Below, one piece after another: positions 60,721 through 64,000 of a DNA stretch of 64,000 nucleotides (position 1 is the stretch's first letter; every line of letters begins with the position of its first letter). The notes beneath the pieces are model-generated. The model ran no database searches and was not told the origin of the DNA. It saw nothing but the letters and a program-made list of their open reading frames with translations. Origin of the DNA: Candidatus Fervidifonticultor tertius (GTDB taxonomy: Bacteria; Sysuimicrobiota; Sysuimicrobiia; Sysuimicrobiales; Humicultoraceae); the NCBI GenBank assembly GCA_031459235.1, contig JAVKIY010000001.1, forward strand, positions 56,708 to 120,707, in the 5' to 3' direction. Both the position numbers and the translations under genes were made by a program.

Positions 60721-61701
60721 CTAGAAGGTGACCCGGTACCCCGTAATGAGGATCCAGACCAGACCCGCGGGAAGCAGGACCTTCCACGACAGGTTGAGGA
60801 GCTGGTCGAGCCGGTAGCGCGGGTAGGTCCAGCGTACCCACATCAGCAGGAACACGATCAGGTACATCTTGAGGAGGAACCAGACGACCCCCGGCAGCAC
60901 CGGGCCCTTCCACCCGCCCAGGAACAGCGTGGTCGCCATGGCCGCCATGGCGAACATCTCGCCGTACTCGCCGAGCTGGAAGAGCGCGAAGCGCATGCCG
61001 GTATACTCGGAGAAGTACCCCGCCACCAACTCGGACTCGGCCTCGGGCAGGTCGAAGGGCACGCGGTTCACCTCGGCGGTGGCCGCGATCAGGAAGATCA
61101 CGAAGGCCGGGAACTGCCGGAAGGCGAACGAACCGAACCACCCCGCCTGCGCCTCCACGATGCCGACCGTCGAGAGCGTGCCCGCCTCCATCGCGACGGC
61201 GATCAGGGCCATCGCCAGCGGCAGCTCGTAGCTGATCATCTGCGAGGCCGACCGCAACCCGCCGAGCAGGGCGTACTTGTTGTTGGACGCGAAGCCGCCG
61301 GCCAGGATGCCGACGACCGTGAGCGAGGCCATGGCGGCGAAGAAGACGACGCCGATGTTGAGGTCGCGCACCACCAGCACGCGGTCGCCGAGCGTCCCGA
61401 AGGGGATCACCACCCAGCTCATCAACCCCGCCACCGCCACCACCAGCGGCGCGGTGTTGAAGATGGCGCGGTCGGCCGCGCGGGGCTCGATGTGCTCCTT
61501 CTGGAGGAGCTTGATCGTGTCCGCCACAGTCTGCAGGAGCCCCTGCGGCCCGACGTGCTTGGGCCCCAGGCGCGACTGGATCCAGCCGCCGACCTTCCGC
61601 TCGAGCAGCACGCCGAACATGGCCGCCACCACGGCCATGAAGGTGAAGACCGCCGCGGTCAGCAGCACGGCGCGAACGATCTCGAGCGGCCAGTTCACCA
61701 T
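60721..61701 (-). CDS. nuoH: NADH-quinone oxidoreductase subunit H
   Basis: 326 aa; GPQGLLQTVADTIKLLQKE and EYTGMRFALF motifs. Confidence 0.9.
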   Translation of the reverse strand: MVNWPLEIVRAVLLTAAVFTFMAVVAAMFGVLLERKVGGWIQSRLGPKHVGPQGLLQTVADTIKLLQKEHIEPRAADRAIFNTAPLVVAVAGLMSWVVIPFGTLGDRVLVVRDLNIGVVFFAAMASLTVVGILAGGFASNNKYALLGGLRSASQMISYELPLAMALIAVAMEAGTLSTVGIVEAQAGWFGSFAFRQFPAFVIFLIAATAEVNRVPFDLPEAESELVAGYFSEYTGMRFALFQLGEYGEMFAMAAMATTLFLGGWKGPVLPGVVWFLLKMYLIVFLLMWVRWTYPRYRLDQLLNLSWKVLLPAGLVWILITGYRVTF

Positions 61702-61713
61702 GCGCGGCCGGCC

Positions 61714-62073
61714 CTACGTCCACTCCAGGGCGCCCTTGCGCCAGGCGTGGATCAGCCCCAGCAGCAGGATGCCCACGAAGATCAGCATGACGAAGAAGGC
61801 ATAGCGGCCGTACTGTCGGAACACGATCGACCAGGGGTAGAGGTAGATCACCTCGACGTCGAAGATGACGAAGACCAGCGAGAACAGGTAGTAGCGCACG
61901 TTGAACTGCGCCCACGCCTGCCCGAACGGCACGACCCCGGACTCGTAGGTGGTGCGCTTCTGCGGCTGCGCCAGGCGCGGCGCCAGGGCCCAGACGACGG
62001 CCAGCGGCAGGGCGGCCATCGCCAGACCCACGACGAGGAACACGCCCACGTAGAGCCAGTCAACCAGCAGCAT
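61714..62073 (-). CDS. nuoA: NADH-quinone oxidoreductase subunit A
   Basis: 119 aa, 3 TM, TTYESGVVPFGQAWAQFNVRYYLF. Confidence 0.85.
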   Translation of the reverse strand: MLLVDWLYVGVFLVVGLAMAALPLAVVWALAPRLAQPQKRTTYESGVVPFGQAWAQFNVRYYLFSLVFVIFDVEVIYLYPWSIVFRQYGRYAFFVMLIFVGILLLGLIHAWRKGALEWT

Positions 62074-62226
62074 GCCCGTCCCTCGCGCATGTCCGCCGGG
62101 GCGTGGGGTCCACGGTGGGGATCAACGCCCGGCTCGCTCGCACCTGTGCTCCCGGCGGTCGGGATGTTCGAATGGATGGCTCTGCACGAACCGACGCTGA
62201 GTGTTCGGCGCCGGCGACCCGGACTC

Positions 62227-63573
62227 CTACGGCCGACCGGCCACCGGCATGCGGCGGTCGGGCGCCGGCCGCCCGGCGGCACCCATCACCCGGAGCACGG
62301 CGGCGGCCAGGCGGAGCGGGTCGTGGCGGAGCAGCTCCGCCTCGCTCATCAGGCCGGCGCCCAGCGGCGCCAGGCCCATCGCCTCCAGCTCCTCCAGCGC
62401 CGGATCCACGGGGCGGCTTCCCTGGTCGGCGTACCGATCCAGCAGGGCGCGGTTCCGCGGCGGCGTGGTGTTGACCAGCACATGGCCGAAGAGCGCCGCG
62501 CCGGCGTGCGCGTGGATGGCGCGTACGTGGTCGGCCGCGGTGTAACCGTCGGTCTCGCCCGGCTGGGTCATGACGTTGCAGACATAGACGCAGGGCACCT
62601 GCGCCTCGCGGATCGCCTCCGCGATGCCGCGGACCAGCAGGGTGGGAATCACGCTGGTGTACAGGCTGCCCGGGCCGATGACGATCAGGTCGGCCTCGGC
62701 GATGGCCTCCAGCACCTCGGGGAGCGGGTAGACTTCATCCGGCCGCAGGAACACGCGCCGGATGCGCCGCCGGGCCGCGGTGATGTTCGACTCGCCCTCC
62801 ACCACCCCGCCGTCCTCGAACTGGGCCACCAGCACGACGTCGTGGCCCGTGGCCGGCAGCACGCGGCCGCGGATGTTGAGGACCTTGCTCGTCTCCTTGA
62901 CGGCCATCTCCACATCGCCCGTGACGCCGGTCAGGCTGGCGATGAAGAGGTTGCCGAAGGCGTGGCCGTCGAGCGCGCCGCCCTTGAAGCGATACTCGAA
63001 CAGCCGGGTCATCAGCGGCTCGGACTCGGCGAGCGCCACCAGGCAGTGCCGGATATCGCCCGGCGGCAGGATGCCGAGTTCGCGGCGCAGCCGGCCCGAG
63101 GAGCCGCCGTCGTCGAAGACGGTGACCACCGCGGTGATGTTCGAGGTGTGGTGCTTCAGCCCGCGCAGCAGCGTGGCCAGCCCGGTCCCGCCGCCGAGCG
63201 CGACGACATGCAGGCCGCGTCGCCGCCGGCGGCGCTCGCGCAGCTCCTCGACGATCGTGGTGCTGCCGGAGGGGAAGAGCACGCGGTCGATGGACCGCAA
63301 CACGCCGCGCAGTCCCAGCGCCACCAGCGCCAGCCCGGCCCCGAGCCCGAGTGTGCCGAGCCACAGCGGCGTCAGGCGCCCGCCCGTGGCCTCGCCCGCC
63401 CGGCCGGCCAGCCGCTCCACCGCCGCCTCGTAGGCGGCGAGCACGCCGACCTCGGCGAGCAAGGAGAACCCCGCGCCGAATAGGAGCAACCCGAGCCCGA
63501 TGAGCAGGCCCCAGCGCTTGATGCCGATGCCCGGCGTCAACCAGCGCAGCCAGCGTCGGAGCTGATCGCTCAC
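62227..63573 (-). CDS. yvcK: gluconeogenesis factor YvcK family protein (UPF0052), with N-terminal TM extension
   Basis: 448 aa; LRRWLRWLTPGIGIKRW start and VVALGGGTG / PGSLYTS motifs. Confidence 0.8.
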   Translation of the reverse strand: MSDQLRRWLRWLTPGIGIKRWGLLIGLGLLLFGAGFSLLAEVGVLAAYEAAVERLAGRAGEATGGRLTPLWLGTLGLGAGLALVALGLRGVLRSIDRVLFPSGSTTIVEELRERRRRRRGLHVVALGGGTGLATLLRGLKHHTSNITAVVTVFDDGGSSGRLRRELGILPPGDIRHCLVALAESEPLMTRLFEYRFKGGALDGHAFGNLFIASLTGVTGDVEMAVKETSKVLNIRGRVLPATGHDVVLVAQFEDGGVVEGESNITAARRRIRRVFLRPDEVYPLPEVLEAIAEADLIVIGPGSLYTSVIPTLLVRGIAEAIREAQVPCVYVCNVMTQPGETDGYTAADHVRAIHAHAGAALFGHVLVNTTPPRNRALLDRYADQGSRPVDPALEELEAMGLAPLGAGLMSEAELLRHDPLRLAAAVLRVMGAAGRPAPDRRMPVAGRP

Positions 63574-64000
63574 GACGCCGCCTCCGCCTCGCCGTTGCGG
63601 CGCAGGTCGCGGTGCCGCACCCGCACGCGGTACCCCAGGCGCCTGAGCTGCCGGCCGAGCAGGTCGCCGAGGACCACCGAGCGATGACGGCCGCCGGTGC
63701 AGCCCACGCCGATGGTGAGGTGGGTCTTGCCCTCCTGCACGAACCGCGGGAGCAGGTAAGCGGCGAACTCACGGAGCCGGCCCACGAACTCGCGCGTCTC
63801 GGGCTGGCCCAGCACGAATCGCCGCACCCGCGGGTGCGTGCCGGGCAGCGGCCGCAGCGCCTCGTGGTAGTGCGGGTTCGGGAGGAACCGGACGTCGAAC
63901 AGCAGGTCGGCGTCGATCGGGATGCCGTACTTGTACCCGAAGGTAACGATGCTGACCGTAAGCGGCGGCGCGGCGCCCCGGCCGGTCGGGTAGGCGCCGG
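63570..64000 (-). CDS. rapZ: RNase adapter RapZ / YvcJ P-loop protein, C-terminal part (5' end beyond window)
   Basis: Minus-strand frame reads ...FGYKYGIPIDADLLFDVRFLPNPHY...GCTGGRHRSV... to the window edge; the ORF-track M at 63827 is internal. Confidence 0.8.
   Translation of the reverse strand, partial: GAYPTGRGAAPPLTVSIVTFGYKYGIPIDADLLFDVRFLPNPHYHEALRPLPGTHPRVRRFVLGQPETREFVGRLREFAAYLLPRFVQEGKTHLTIGVGCTGGRHRSVVLGDLLGRQLRRLGYRVRVRHRDLRRNGEAEAAS

Overview
The window is a 64 kb stretch of a very high-GC (about 70%) bacterial chromosome. The ORF track is full of long arginine- and serine-rich antisense ORFs; I treated these as GC artefacts and kept only frames with recognisable protein families.

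The right half (38.8-64.0 kb) is one almost uninterrupted minus-strand block: rapZ(yvcJ, 5' end beyond the window)-yvcK-nuoA-H-J-K-L-M-N-V/A-type ATPase operon (G-I-K-E-C-F-A-B-D, Thermus-type order)-DUF881-DUF1290(sbp)-gap-pgk-tpi-circularly permuted ATP-grasp-GCS2 carboxylate-amine ligase-secG-small secreted protein-tRNA-Leu(GAG). The rapZ-yvcK...gap-pgk-tpi...secG frame is the conserved Gram-positive/actinobacterial cluster, but the usual whiA position is taken by a membrane-arm-only complex I cluster plus a complete V-type ATPase operon.

The left half is more accessory:
- an ABC ATPase, a 2-hydroxyacid dehydrogenase, ChrA, a cation/proton antiporter with UspA, and an MFS transporter;
- a three-gene operon of unknowns: two paralogous ribbon-helix-helix plus coiled-coil proteins and a duplicated CxxC...C..H protein, with its own near-consensus promoter and a leader palindrome;
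- DUF885, a Gfo/Idh/MocA oxidoreductase, and a peptide ABC operon (binding protein and two permeases) that lacks ATPase genes and ends in a 420 bp decayed remnant;
- a methylmalonyl-CoA mutase catalytic-domain gene, a vapBC pair on an apparently leaderless transcript, and a secreted-protein gene interrupted by an in-frame TAG;
- an adenylate-forming (F390-synthetase/PaaK-like) enzyme, a molybdopterin oxidoreductase, an M20 peptidase and an aldo-keto reductase;
- an amino-acid ABC transporter clustered with a phosphotriesterase-family hydrolase, a GntR regulator and DUF3830;
- a radical-SAM(PflX-like)-cupin-RidA-creatininase cluster, an acyl-CoA dehydrogenase, an SQR-like flavoprotein, and tandem AstE/AspA paralogs;
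- a DUF4143 AAA ATPase next to tRNA-Leu, with a degenerate copy of the tRNA 3' end 2 kb away.

I found no CRISPR array, integrase, rRNA or riboswitch. The best candidates for something undescribed are the RHH/coiled-coil/zinc-module operon (6.26-8.1 kb), the GCS2 plus circularly permuted ATP-grasp ligase pair, the PflX-cupin-RidA-creatininase cluster, and the nuoAHJKLMN-only complex I module fused to a V-ATPase operon.
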